DNA of 64,000 bases from an uncultured Chloroflexia bacterium. Its GTDB lineage: Bacteria > Chloroflexota > Anaerolineae > JAAYZQ01. A model generated the notes under the pieces. It did not search any database, was not told the DNA's origin, and was given only the letters and a program-made list of their open reading frames with translations. The position numbers and the translations under genes were made by a program. Position 1 is the stretch's first letter. The number at the start of each line of letters is the position of its first letter. Below are positions 52,318-64,000 of this stretch, in pieces. Location of the stretch: the NCBI GenBank assembly GCA_963700285.1, contig CAVOXA010000014.1, positions 608,001-672,000 on the forward strand, read 5' to 3'.

Positions 52318-52538
52318 TGTGTATTCCCCTATGAAGGAGTCATGTTTGAGAAGGAAGTAGGAGCAGATGGTTTCTGCATTGGCATTCTATCACCACCTCG
52401 CCCTTTGAGCAAACTGTCAAGGCCACGTCAAAACTCGCCCGTACGAACGAAGGGGGGCACAATCCGGCACTCTTCCATCTTTGTAGCCCGTCAACCGACC
52501 CACACGTTCGATGCCCCTTTGGAAGGCGTGCATACCGC

Positions 52539-52606
52539 CTACACATGATTCCGCAGCATGAACTCAATGGGGTAGGGAGGCAGGTGCACTTGCTGGTGTA
52601 CCCACG
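52539..52606 (-). pseudogene. DUF1722 (YbgA-like) C-terminal remnant
   Basis: WVHQQVHLPPYPIEFMLRNHV*; shares CACATGATTCCGCAGCATG with 60186-60204. Confidence 0.65.
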
Positions 52607-52623
52607 CAGAGAAAACTGTCTCT

Positions 52624-53851
52624 TCATTTCTTGACAATGACAACTACGACCGACAGCAAGCCCAGGACAGCCGCCCCGCCGACCAGCGCCGTCAGACCAA
52701 ACTGGTCGATGGCAACGCCGGCCCACAGCATTCCCAGGGAAAAACCCAGGGTAAAGGCCATGGAGGTAATGGCCTGCAGCCGGGCCTGGTACGCCGGGTC
52801 GGCCAGCTCCCGAATGCGGCTGGTGTTCCACACCGCCTGGGCGAAAGCGGGAGCGCCGAGTATGGCCAGCGGCGCCATCGAGATCAAGCCGATGGGTAGA
52901 TAGGCAAAGACGGCCACGGCCGCCGCGCTGACCAGGCCGAGGACGGCGTAACGGCGGGTGGGGTTGGTGCCTGCGCTGCGCATGCCGGCGTAAGCGGCGC
53001 CGGCAAAGGCCCCCAGGCTGGTCGAGGCGGCCAGCAGGCCCAGGTCGACGATCGAGCCGCCCTCGGCGTGGACGATGGCCGGCAGGAGTCCGATGGCCGG
53101 TCCGACGATCATGATGGTGACGAAAGTGAGCAGGAGCGGATGCAGGATGGATGGCTGCCGGGCCAGGTAGCGCAACCCATCAACCAGGTCAGATAACACC
53201 CGCTTGACGTCGAGAGACTGCGGCCGGCCGGCGGACTGCCGGCTGAGGTCGCGCAGGCCCCAGAGGCTACCCGCTGCGATGAGATATGTGGCCGCGTTCA
53301 GGATGAAGGCCAGCGTCAGCCCCAGGAACTCGAGCAGCACACTGCCGACACCGTTGACCACGACCATCGCGGTGGTCTCGGTCATCGAGTTGATGGCGAC
53401 CGCCGGGCGTACCTCGTCGGGGGGGACGACCTCGGTCAGGACGACTTTGTAGGCAGGCCGCGAGAACAGGGCGATCAGCCCGTTGATGACGGCCCAGGCA
53501 TAGATGTGCCAGACGGCGATGCGATCGACCAGGACCAGAACGAGCGACGACGGTGGTGGCGGCCGCCCCCACCATTTGCCACGTGATCAGCAGGCGGCGG
53601 CGGTCAACCAGGTCGGCGATGACGCCGCCCAGCGGCATGAACAGTAGAGGTATGGAGCCCAGGGTCGCGATCCAGCCGACGGCCAGGGCCGAACTGGTCA
53701 GCATCGCCACCAGCCAGGCCTGCGCCAGTTGTTGGAAGCGGTCCCCGGCGTAGGAACTGGCCATCCCCAGCCATAGTTGGCGGAAGCTGGCCCGGCGCAG
53801 GGGGGCCGGGATGGCTGAAGCCAGGCGGCTCTTTCCGGTGTTTCTTGCCAA
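52624..53851 (-). CDS. MFS transporter (one frameshift near 53545)
   Basis: FRQLWLG..GD..Q, GGVIADLVDRRRLL motif A; continues in ORF 52624-53385. Confidence 0.8.
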
Positions 53852-53878
53852 GATGCACCTCGGTATGCCTGTCGTGAT

Positions 53879-55042
53879 CTAGTCAAGAGCGTCTATCAAT
53901 TCCCGCGCTTCGTCAGCCAGACGATCGGCGAGGCATCCGACCTGGGCCATGTGATCAATGACCTCCTCAATCGGCCTGCCCCACATCTGCAATATCATGG
54001 GGTGCAAGTTCTCGTTGAGCACTATGGCCAGCCATCTTCCGGCATCGTTGAATTCGTACCGCAGACTCGCGGCTGCCGCATACCCCAACCGCACCTGTCG
54101 CGGGTCGCCCCGCCAACCGGCATCGCGCAGCCCTTCCAGGTAGCCCTCAAAGGCAATCTCCTCAAGCGCCTGCGCCTTGTCCAGCCCGACCTCGTAGAAC
54201 ATAACACTGCCCAGGATCAGGGGGACGAGCTCTTCACCAAGCGCCCCTCTCCCCGCAAAGGCCCAGTCGATGGCAACGGTTTGGGGATCGCCACCCGCCG
54301 TTCGTCGCGCGAACAGGTTGCGGCGGAATATGTCGATGTGGCACAACGTCTGGGGCAAACGGTCGAGAGCGTCGAGGTAGATCCCTCGTTCTTCCCACAG
54401 GCGGAAGTACCTGTCGCAGGCGTCACCCGACAACCAACGACGTATCAAGGCATGGTCCAGCGAATCGCGGAGCAGGGGCAGCGCGGACGCACAGCTTTCG
54501 GTGTTGTGCCGCAACCACCCCGAACTGAGCCACGGCCAGGAGGGCAATGGCCGGTCCACCAGGTAGGCGCCATTGAACTGGCCGGCGTGACGGGCGACGA
54601 GGCCATAGTGCTCCAGGGGCCAGTGCGAGCCGATTTCGTCCGCAACGTCCTCAAGCCACATCCAGCAGGCTCCATCTTGGTGTTCGATGACGTCGAAACA
54701 GCGTGGCGCCGCCAGGCCAGCCGGCAGGTCATCCAACCATCCCGACTGATAGGCGTCGGCTTCGCGCTTGTAGTAGTTCCAGGCGGAGATATGGGTGTTA
54801 TCTCCTTCCGGGTATACCGTTTTCAGGATAAGCGACCAGGACATCGTCTGCTCCCGATCGCGCCCCTGTCCCGCAAAGCGATAGATTGCGTTCCCCGCGC
54901 CGGCGCCGCCATGCAGTTGTTCGTAGTCCCAGTCCATCACCTCGACGGTTTCGCTGTTCAAAGCACTTTGCACAAGTGGCGTCAGCGTGGCTTGATCGAT
55001 TGCAGCCAATTGTGCTTGCGGTGTTTCAAGCTTTTCATCCAC
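53879..55042 (-). CDS. APH/choline kinase-like phosphotransferase, copy 3
   Basis: LILK, READAY, LCHIDIFRRNL, AIDWAF. Confidence 0.85.
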   Translation of the reverse strand: MDEKLETPQAQLAAIDQATLTPLVQSALNSETVEVMDWDYEQLHGGAGAGNAIYRFAGQGRDREQTMSWSLILKTVYPEGDNTHISAWNYYKREADAYQSGWLDDLPAGLAAPRCFDVIEHQDGACWMWLEDVADEIGSHWPLEHYGLVARHAGQFNGAYLVDRPLPSWPWLSSGWLRHNTESCASALPLLRDSLDHALIRRWLSGDACDRYFRLWEERGIYLDALDRLPQTLCHIDIFRRNLFARRTAGGDPQTVAIDWAFAGRGALGEELVPLILGSVMFYEVGLDKAQALEEIAFEGYLEGLRDAGWRGDPRQVRLGYAAAASLRYEFNDAGRWLAIVLNENLHPMILQMWGRPIEEVIDHMAQVGCLADRLADEARELIDALD

Positions 55043-55086
55043 CTCGTCACCTCCTCTTTGCTGTGCTTTCTCGTCGTCGCTCGGAC

Positions 55087-56248
55087 CTAGCCCAGGATGC
55101 CGATCAGTTCGCGTGCTTCGTCCAGCTTGCTGAACAAGGGACGTCTCATCCGGGCAACAGAGTCAAAAGCCTCTCCAATTGAAAGACCATATACCTGCTC
55201 CGCTGCCGGCGTGCAGGCTCTCGTCGAGTATGAGCGCCAGCCATCTGCCAACCTCGCCGAACAGGTAGCGTGCGCTTGCAGCTGTGTAGCCCAGACGCAC
55301 CTGCTGTGGATCGCCCTGCCATCCGACATCGCGCAGCCCTTGCAGGTAGCCCTCGAAGACGATCTCCTCGAGCTCCTGCAGTTTGTCCAGCTCAACCCCA
55401 GCGAGCGCAATGCTCATCCAAACGAGAGGGTTAAGGTCTGCCCCGATTGGGCCTCGCCCTACGAACGCCCAATCGATCACCACCGTCTGATCATCGCCAT
55501 CCGCCGTCTTGCGCGCGAAAAGGTTGAGGCGAAATATATCGAAATGGCAAATCGTCTGGGGCAGGCGGTCGAGGGCATCGAGATAGAGCTCTCGCTCTGC
55601 CCAGAGGCGGAAAAACTGATCGCTGTCTTCCTCCGGAAGCCACCGGCGAGCCCATGGGCGCGCCAGAGCCTTGCGGAGAGGCTCTATTGCGGGGGCGGAT
55701 TGCTCGATATAGTGCCGCAACCAGTTGGAACTCAGCCATGACCAGCCTGGCATTGGCCGGTCTACCAGGTAGGCACCATTGAACTGGCCCAAGTGGCGGG
55801 CGACAACGCCATAGTGTTCCAGGGGCCACTGCGAGCCAATTTCCTCCGCGACCTCCTCAAGCCAGATCCAGCACGTGCCATCCGGGTGGTCGAGGACGCC
55901 GAAACAACGCGGCGCTGCCATGCCGCCCGGCAGGTCATCCAACCAGCCCGACTGGTAGGCATCCGCCTCGCGCTTGAAATAGTCCCAGGCAGAGACGTCG
56001 GCGTTGCCACCTTCTGGCCGGAGTATTTTGAGGATCAGCGACCAGGGTATTGTCTGGCCCTGATCGCGCCCCTGCCCTGAAAAACGATAGACGGCAGTCC
56101 CCGCAGCAATACCGCCATGTAGCTGCTCAAACTCCCAGTTGACCACCTCGACGGTCTTGCTACCCAAGGCGCTTTGCACCAGCGGCGTCAGAGTGGTCTG
56201 ATCGATTGCAGCCAATTGGGCTGTCTGTTTTTCAAGCTTTTCATCCAT
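55087..56248 (-). CDS. APH/choline kinase-like phosphotransferase, copy 2 (frameshift near 55210)
   Basis: ICHFDIFRLNL, VIDWAF; C-terminus DEARELIGILG is in another frame and matches the paralogs. Confidence 0.8.
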
Positions 56249-56292
56249 CTTGTCACCTGCCCCTTGCTGTGCTTTCTCGTCGTCGCTGTGGC

Positions 56293-57465
56293 CTAGCCCA
56301 GGATGTCCATCAGCTCCCGCGCTTCGTCGGTCAGGCCGTCACACAAGCTCCCCACCTGGGCCCAATGGTCTTCGATCTCCTCCATCGAGCGTCCAAATAC
56401 CTGCTCCAAGAAAGAATGCTGGCTCTCGTCGAGTATCATATCCATGGCTCTGTTGAGTTCAGCGAACCTGAAGCGTAAACTCGCGGCCGTATACCCCAGG
56501 CGCACCTGCCACGGGTTTCCCCGCCAGCCGGCATCGCCCAGCCCTTCCAGGTAGCCCTCAAAGACAACATCCTCAAGCGCCTGTGCCTGGCCCAAGTCAA
56601 TTTCATTGAAAGCGACACTGGCCAAAACCAGGGGGACAAGCTCCGCCCCGATCGCGCCCCGCCCGGCAAATGCCCAGTCGATCACCACTGTTTGATCGTC
56701 GCCATCCGCCGTCTTGCGCGCGAACAGGTTGCGGCGAAATAAGTCGAGGTGACACAGCGTCTGGGGCAGGCGGTCGAGGGCGTCGAGAAAGAGGTTGCGC
56801 TCTTCCCACAGGCGGAACAACCTGGCGCCGGCGTTACCTGGATAACCGCGGCGAACCAGCGGGTGGTCCAGGGAATTGCGGATGAGGGGGATTGCGGGAG
56901 CAGACAGGGAGATATAACCCCGCAGCCAGTCCGAGCTGAGCCACGGCCAGGAGGGCAAGGATCGTTCCATCAGGTAGGCACCGTTGAACTGGCCGGCGTG
57001 GCGTGCGACGAGGCCAAAGTGCTCCAGGGGCCAGTGCGAGCCGATTTCGTCCCTGACGTCCTCAAGCCAGATCCAGCACGTGCCGTCCGGGTATTCGAAG
57101 ACGCCGAAACAACGTGGCGTCACCAGGCCACCCGGCAGGTCATCCAACCATCCCGACCGATAGGCGTCGGCTTCGCGCTTGTAATAGTTCCAAGCGGAGA
57201 CATTGGCGTTGTTCTCTGCCGGGCATAACGTTTTGAGGATGAGAGACCAAGGCACCTTTTGCCCTTGGTCGAGCCCTTCTCCGGAAAAACGGTAGATGGC
57301 CGTTCCCAAGCCTGCACCGCCATGTAGTTGTTCATAGTCCCAATCCAGCACCTCGACGGTTTCGCTGTTCAAAGCGCTCTGCACGAGTGGCGTCAGGGCG
57401 GCCTGATCGATTACGGCCAATTGTACTGCCTGTATTGCAGATGTTGTTTCAAGCTTTTCATCCAT
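56293..57465 (-). CDS. APH/choline kinase-like phosphotransferase, copy 1
   Basis: LCHLDLFRRNL, VIDWAF; GGAGG before ATG. Confidence 0.85.
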   Translation of the reverse strand: MDEKLETTSAIQAVQLAVIDQAALTPLVQSALNSETVEVLDWDYEQLHGGAGLGTAIYRFSGEGLDQGQKVPWSLILKTLCPAENNANVSAWNYYKREADAYRSGWLDDLPGGLVTPRCFGVFEYPDGTCWIWLEDVRDEIGSHWPLEHFGLVARHAGQFNGAYLMERSLPSWPWLSSDWLRGYISLSAPAIPLIRNSLDHPLVRRGYPGNAGARLFRLWEERNLFLDALDRLPQTLCHLDLFRRNLFARKTADGDDQTVVIDWAFAGRGAIGAELVPLVLASVAFNEIDLGQAQALEDVVFEGYLEGLGDAGWRGNPWQVRLGYTAASLRFRFAELNRAMDMILDESQHSFLEQVFGRSMEEIEDHWAQVGSLCDGLTDEARELMDILG

Positions 57466-57894
57466 TCGGTCACCTCCCCTGGGTAGCCCTGAGTATAGGG
57501 CTGGGGTCTGGTCAAACAGTCAAAGACGCATAGATTCAATCCTGGTATTGCAGATGCGCCCAACGGATAGGGATTCATGTGGCGTGAAGGGGTCACACAA
57601 AACAGAGTTGATCCAAGACGCATGCATTGTAGCCGTATTTGGAGTCCAAGGCAAGTACTTCATCGGGGAGCTGTGCTTGCCGACGCATCAGGCCACCTGC
57701 CGGACAGCGTGAGCCGTGCCCACCCACCGCCGCTTGCAAGACTCGCCTCAAAGGCCGACACCTTTGCAGGCAAGGCCAGGTAGTTGAAAGCCCAGGGGTG
57801 GGCTTCGGCTCCGCACAGGGTTAGCCCGCGCCTGCCCTGAACATTCGTTTCCGTAGTAACGTGTGACGCTTCGTGCGCCGTTCGGCCCAAGCCT

Positions 57895-59853
<1,959 letters not shown>

Positions 59854-60054
59854 GGCGAACCTCCTTCGAGTGGTCACTGGCAGCCCACCCGGTTCCGATG
59901 AACGGGCTAAACTGTGTTTCTACAGAACTCCTCTGCCTTCGCACTCCGAATAGTTGACCATAAAGAATCTGTCTGTAGAAGTACCCATCGTCTCATGTTC
60001 CAGAGATTTTCTGTGCCATGTCTCCTACCGGAACTCATTACTGCACCACTTGAC

Positions 60055-60083
60055 ATTATATCACAGCTCTGTTCGCTGAGCAA
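60055..60083 (-). promoter_or_regulatory. sigma70 promoter of the propeller gene
   Basis: TTGCTC-17 nt-TATAAT with TG extended -10. Confidence 0.65.
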
Positions 60084-60185
60084 TACCATTTTCCCGGGGA
60101 CTCTCGTGCAACAACTGGAGGGGAGTGGGCAGCGAATCAGTGAGCCTCTCACCTGATTCAGCCGCCCATTGTGGCTGGGCGCCTT

Positions 60186-60480
60186 CACATGATTCCGCAG
60201 CATGCGTGCCTTCCGATCCGGATGCAGGTAGACCTGCTGGTGCACCGGGCAGGCACCGGATAGCAGTTGTGGCGAATCCTTCTTGGAGACAAAGCCGTGA
60301 AGACCAGCATCTGCCAGGTCTTCCACCCGCTGTCCAGCACAGGCTGCCATGGTCTCAGTATGGTCTCTGCCAGTTTCGGGTGCGATCAAACGTAGATCCT
60401 CAGGGTCGCCAACCTGGCGCAGACTTTCCCGAGGTGTTGGCAGCCCCATCTCTACTTTCGGAAGACGGGCACCCCTTCAG
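60186..60480 (-). pseudogene. DUF523/DUF1722 (YbgA-like) gene with internal deletion
   Basis: MGLPTPRESLR..GRDHTE.M..LHGFV.KKDSP joined directly to HQQVYLHP..MLRNHV. Confidence 0.7.
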
Positions 60481-60484
60481 CAAA

Positions 60485-60604
60485 GAGGCCCGGACTGGCT
60501 CCAAAGCTATCTGCATAGTAGGGCAAGAGGGGCAGGATCAAGCCAAAGCCGAGCATATCGACAAGGACGATAACAAATACGGTGACGAGACGGCTTTTCT
60601 TCAC
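60485..60604 (-). pseudogene. TetA-like MFS transporter, N-terminal remnant
   Basis: [38 protein letters not shown], then fused to DUF523 sequence. Confidence 0.65.
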
Positions 60605-60687
60605 AAGGACACTCCCCCCTGATTGCCCTAGAGCTCTACCGGCTCGGGATTCGATGCCTCTGCGCCCCGCTGCGCCCTGCCATCAGC

Positions 60688-62139
60688 TCATGTTTTGGCC
60701 TGTTCGCCTATCTCGCGCACCAAGCCACGGAAAATGAGGCTATGGAAAGGATACAGAACGTACCAGTACAAGAAGCCCATCAGGCCCTTCGGGGCCATGA
60801 GAATCGTCTGCACAACCTGTGTCTGGTTGTCGTTCAAGGGCACAGCTTCGAGCTGGAGCCAGGCCTCGCCGGGCAGGACCATCTCGGTCCGCAGCCGCAC
60901 CATGCGGCCAGGCTCGATTGCCTCCACCCGAAAGAAGTCGAGCGCGTCCCCGACCCGCAGATCGTCAGGGTCACGGCGTCCGCGGCGCAATCCAGGACCA
61001 CCCACCAGCCTATCGCCTAGGCCGCGCAGCCGCCACAAGGCATCGCCGTAGAGCCAGCCCCGTTCACCACCAAGCCCAGTGAACACGGCATACACCTCCT
61101 CCGCTGGCGCATCCGCCACGCTCTGTCGGCGTTCAATTTGTAGGCCTTTCTCCGTGGTAAGCTCTACCGGGCGGAAATCACCCTGGCTGGAGGCCAGCGA
61201 GTCGCTCCAACGGGTCTCCACTTGCGCGGCTTCCAGGTCGGAAAGGGCGCGCTGCACAGCCACCTCATAGCCTACCGGCTGGATCTCGGGAAAGAGAGTC
61301 CGCGCTGCATCGTCACGGACCACCACCTCGTTGCGCATGCCCTCGATCAGAGGGTACACGATGCCAGAAGGCACTGGCGTCATCCAATGCACCCAGTGCG
61401 CCGAAAGACGCGGCGTCAGCACCGGCACAGGGATCAATAAGCGCCAAAGGCCGCGCACTTTGGCGTAGCCTTTCATCATGTCCCCGTACGTCAGCACGTC
61501 AGACCCGCCTACCTCGATGATCCTTCCTGCGCTTTCGGGCACTTGCAGGGCGCCTACCATATAACTAAGGACATCGCGAATCGCAATCGGCTGGATCCGG
61601 GTATACACCCACCGAGGGCAAATCATGATCGGCAGCCGCTCGGTAAGATAGCGGACCATCTCGAAAGAGAGGCTGCCTGTACCCACGATAACAGCCGCCC
61701 GGAATTCTGTGACGGGAACGCCTGCTTCTTGAAGAGCCTGACCAGTTTCCTGACGGGATCGCAAATGTACGGATAGTTTGCTATCCGGATCTCCCAGACC
61801 GCCCAGATAGACAATACGTTCGATGCCTGCATCCTTGGCTGCGAAACCAAAGTTTCGAGCAACCACGATATCTCGATCCCGGTAATCGCGCGTATCTGTC
61901 AGGCTATGGATCAGATAGTAGGTTGCCCAGACCCCCTTCATCGCAGGAGGCAGGGTCTCAGACCGCAGGGCATCTCCTTCCACAACCTCCACCTTGTCAG
62001 TCCAGGATCGCCCTTCGAGTCGTCTGGCGTCTCGCACCAGGCAGCGGACACGATAGCCAGCTGCAAGCAGACGCGGAACCAGCCGCCCACCGATATAGCC
62101 TGTCGCCCCTGTAACCAGAACCAGTTTCCCCTCTGCCAT
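60688..62139 (-). CDS. YbjT-like NAD(P)-binding oxidoreductase with C-terminal DUF2867
   Basis: VTGATGYIGGRL, YYLIHS, HLRSR, GSLSFEM, GG..GW, PKGLMGFLYWY. Confidence 0.9.
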   Translation of the reverse strand: MAEGKLVLVTGATGYIGGRLVPRLLAAGYRVRCLVRDARRLEGRSWTDKVEVVEGDALRSETLPPAMKGVWATYYLIHSLTDTRDYRDRDIVVARNFGFAAKDAGIERIVYLGGLGDPDSKLSVHLRSRQETGQALQEAGVPVTEFRAAVIVGTGSLSFEMVRYLTERLPIMICPRWVYTRIQPIAIRDVLSYMVGALQVPESAGRIIEVGGSDVLTYGDMMKGYAKVRGLWRLLIPVPVLTPRLSAHWVHWMTPVPSGIVYPLIEGMRNEVVVRDDAARTLFPEIQPVGYEVAVQRALSDLEAAQVETRWSDSLASSQGDFRPVELTTEKGLQIERRQSVADAPAEEVYAVFTGLGGERGWLYGDALWRLRGLGDRLVGGPGLRRGRRDPDDLRVGDALDFFRVEAIEPGRMVRLRTEMVLPGEAWLQLEAVPLNDNQTQVVQTILMAPKGLMGFLYWYVLYPFHSLIFRGLVREIGEQAKT

Positions 62140-62164
62140 TTCTTCCCCTTTCAGCTTGTGACAA

Positions 62165-62196
62165 CCTGGTCAGAGGAGCATTCTCCCCTGACCAGG
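62165..62196. terminator. Intergenic hairpin
   Basis: CCTGGTCAGAGGAG-CATT-CTCCCCTGACCAGG. Confidence 0.45.
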
Positions 62197-62221
62197 CACC
62201 ATGTCGTGCCTTGATTCGACT

Positions 62222-63337
62222 CTAGACTGCTAGTTCACTGCGTAGTCGCATCTGCCTGAGCAGACCATCGCGCGTGATGAGCCCCAACAAGCTGCCGTTC
62301 TCCACTACGGCCACCTCGCTCAATTGATCCTCCGTCATCTTCTGGAGAATCGTCCACGCGTCATCGTCTGGGTTCGCTTTGTAGGCGGAGGCTACATCCG
62401 TCATCACATGGCCTGTCGTAAGCTGGCCACGCTGCTCGCCGGAGAGACCCCTGATCTCATTCAGTGTGATGACACCTTGGGCGGCATCCCCGTCAGAGAC
62501 AAAGAAACAGCGTTGGCCATCCCGCAGAACGTAATCCTCCACCAGGCGATCTAGTGTCAGATTCGTAGGCACGGCCATACACCGGTCTACAGCTAGATTG
62601 CGAGCCTTGACACCCGTTAGCATCTTTTGCAGGCGAGCCTGCTGATAACTGGCCTGCGCGGCCCCATTCAGGTACAAGCCGATGAACACAAGCCAGAGGC
62701 CGTTCCACAGACCACCCATAAGGGTCAGACCCAGGCCAAAGGCGATGAACAGGACCGCTATCGCTTGGCCTGATCGAGCAGCCCAACGGGTTGCCCGGGT
62801 CATATCGCCCTTGAGGTGCCAGATTGCCGCGCGCAAGACACGGCCACCGTCAAGTGGGAAGCCAGGGATCATGTTGAAAGCCGCCAGCAACAGGTTGACG
62901 CGGGTCAGGTAGGACAATGTTGCGGCTATAGTAGGCTCGTTCGCAAAGAGAACCCCCAGGGCTCCGAAAGCGCCTGCCAGACTGAGGCTTGTCAGTGGAC
63001 CAGCAATGGCGATGCGAAACTCCGCACGAGCACTCGAAGGCTCACGGCCAATCTGGGCGACTCCACCAAAGATGAAGAGAGAGATGCTCTTTACAGGAAC
63101 CTGTTCACGAAGAGCCAGGACTGAGTGTCCCAGCTCATGCAAGAGGACGGACGCAAAGAGCAACAGGGATGCGACCGTGCCGACTGCCCAGTACTCGATG
63201 GTGGACCAGCCAGGATAGGCCTGGGGGAAAAAGCCCACAGCCAGAGACCACGTCAGCAGAACCGCAATAAGAAACCAGCTTATGTGAAGCCGAATGGGTA
63301 TTCCCATAATCCTGCCAACAGGCAGAGAACCCTTCAT
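62222..63337 (-). CDS. Site-2 protease (M50) with CBS domains
   Basis: HELGH, NMIPGFPLDGGR, two CBS domains. Confidence 0.93.
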   Translation of the reverse strand: MKGSLPVGRIMGIPIRLHISWFLIAVLLTWSLAVGFFPQAYPGWSTIEYWAVGTVASLLLFASVLLHELGHSVLALREQVPVKSISLFIFGGVAQIGREPSSARAEFRIAIAGPLTSLSLAGAFGALGVLFANEPTIAATLSYLTRVNLLLAAFNMIPGFPLDGGRVLRAAIWHLKGDMTRATRWAARSGQAIAVLFIAFGLGLTLMGGLWNGLWLVFIGLYLNGAAQASYQQARLQKMLTGVKARNLAVDRCMAVPTNLTLDRLVEDYVLRDGQRCFFVSDGDAAQGVITLNEIRGLSGEQRGQLTTGHVMTDVASAYKANPDDDAWTILQKMTEDQLSEVAVVENGSLLGLITRDGLLRQMRLRSELAV

Positions 63338-63451
63338 TGTAGTACCCCCTTTCGAAACCAGTCGAGAGTTGATTGATCGAGGGTAGCTGCCCTACGTTAG
63401 GCCCCTGGGTCCTACAAACTTGAACCCCTCCTGACCCTCAACCGTAATCCC

Positions 63452-63480
63452 AGCATACCACAAGAAAGGTATTTTGTCAA
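63452..63480 (-). promoter_or_regulatory. sigma70 promoter
   Basis: TTGACA-17 nt-TATGCT with TG extended -10. Confidence 0.7.
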
Positions 63481-63524
63481 GATATTGCACAGATAATTTA
63501 ACATATTTCTAATTGCCTTCTGTG

Positions 63525-63860
63525 CTATGCCTCATTAGACCTGTGTCCCATCCAGAAGCGTCGCCAGCTACCGCCACTGGTCTGCAGGGCAACAAGTGCA
63601 TACAGGCTGGCAGTCCAAAAGCCCAGAATCATCATCAACACGACCCAGATGATGGACCGCAGCGCTGACTTTTCGCGATAGATGATCCAACCGGAAAAAA
63701 GGACAAAGCCAGCATAGAGGTCTACCAGTGAGACCATGCCCCAGGGCATCGCTAGCAAGTCCTTCCCCTCCCCAGCAAAATCCCCCACAGTGAAACCATA
63801 GATCAGCACACCAGTCATGGCCAGGAAACATAGCAATGCTACGAGCTTGGCAAGTCTCAT
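63525..63860 (-). CDS. Small membrane protein (DUF1475-like)
   Basis: PWGMVSLVDLYAGF..WIIYRE; AAAGGA before ATG 63860. Confidence 0.7.
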   Translation of the reverse strand: MRLAKLVALLCFLAMTGVLIYGFTVGDFAGEGKDLLAMPWGMVSLVDLYAGFVLFSGWIIYREKSALRSIIWVVLMMILGFWTASLYALVALQTSGGSWRRFWMGHRSNEA

Positions 63861-64000
63861 CTGTCTATTTCCTTTCGCTTCCTGCCTGGGCTTGCACGAG
63901 AAGCAGGGGCACCGTCGCGCCACGCACTACTCGGTCGGCCACGCTGCCCAACAACCATCTACTCAACCCTGAGTGACCGCGCGTGGACATCACGATCAAG

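Noticed and set aside
53879-57465. Bona fide aminoglycoside resistance genes
   Set aside because: Only fold-level motifs are present; the proteins are longer than typical APH enzymes and the substrate is unknown
57660-57890. Integron attC site or ncRNA between the propeller and kinase genes
   Set aside because: GCTAAC/GTTAGC occurs but without a paired core site or repeated copies, and there is no integrase
59860-59910. c-di-GMP-I riboswitch
   Set aside because: Only a GGGCTGCC-like end matches; the GCAAA elements and the P2/P3 layout are absent

Overview
GC-rich bacterial chromosome segment, most likely Chloroflexota/Anaerolineae (inferred from gene content, 7-bp periodic repeats and a C-terminal IYLP motif). 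Main contents: (1) 1.8-8.6 kb, minus strand: a diversity-generating retroelement (DGR) with two immune-sensor-like targets, an EAD-like/caspase/STAND-NTPase/FGE-CLec gene and a KAP-NTPase/FGE-CLec gene. Both variable repeats differ from a template-repeat remnant only at adenines, apart from one gap in VR1. The RT is cut off and fused directly to the 3' end of the TR, no avd is visible, and the block carries many single-base indels. (2) 9.1-17.9 kb: a seven-gene operon around an uncharacterised glycyl radical enzyme and its activase, including a hypothetical protein with protein-kinase-like motifs. (3) ZIP/GDT1 metal transporters, msrB, a lipoprotein MsrA with in-frame UGA (selenocysteine) and a SECIS-like hairpin, and trmD. 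(4) 23-39 kb: cell-envelope and glycosylation genes (LysM-LCP x2, GT-C x2, GT4, lgt, NDP-sugar pyrophosphorylase/phosphomutase fusion). (5) 39-64 kb: an accessory, partly decayed region. It holds an ECF sigma/anti-sigma pair with a shared AATCC-N16-CGTA promoter, relics of hicAB and of a fluoride riboswitch-crcB-DUF190 unit, three tandem APH-like kinases followed by MFS, GH3 and serine hydrolase genes, a 14-repeat secreted beta-propeller, and three scattered DUF523/DUF1722 fragments. No rRNA, tRNA or CRISPR array was seen. All family calls come from motif recognition by eye, not database searches.
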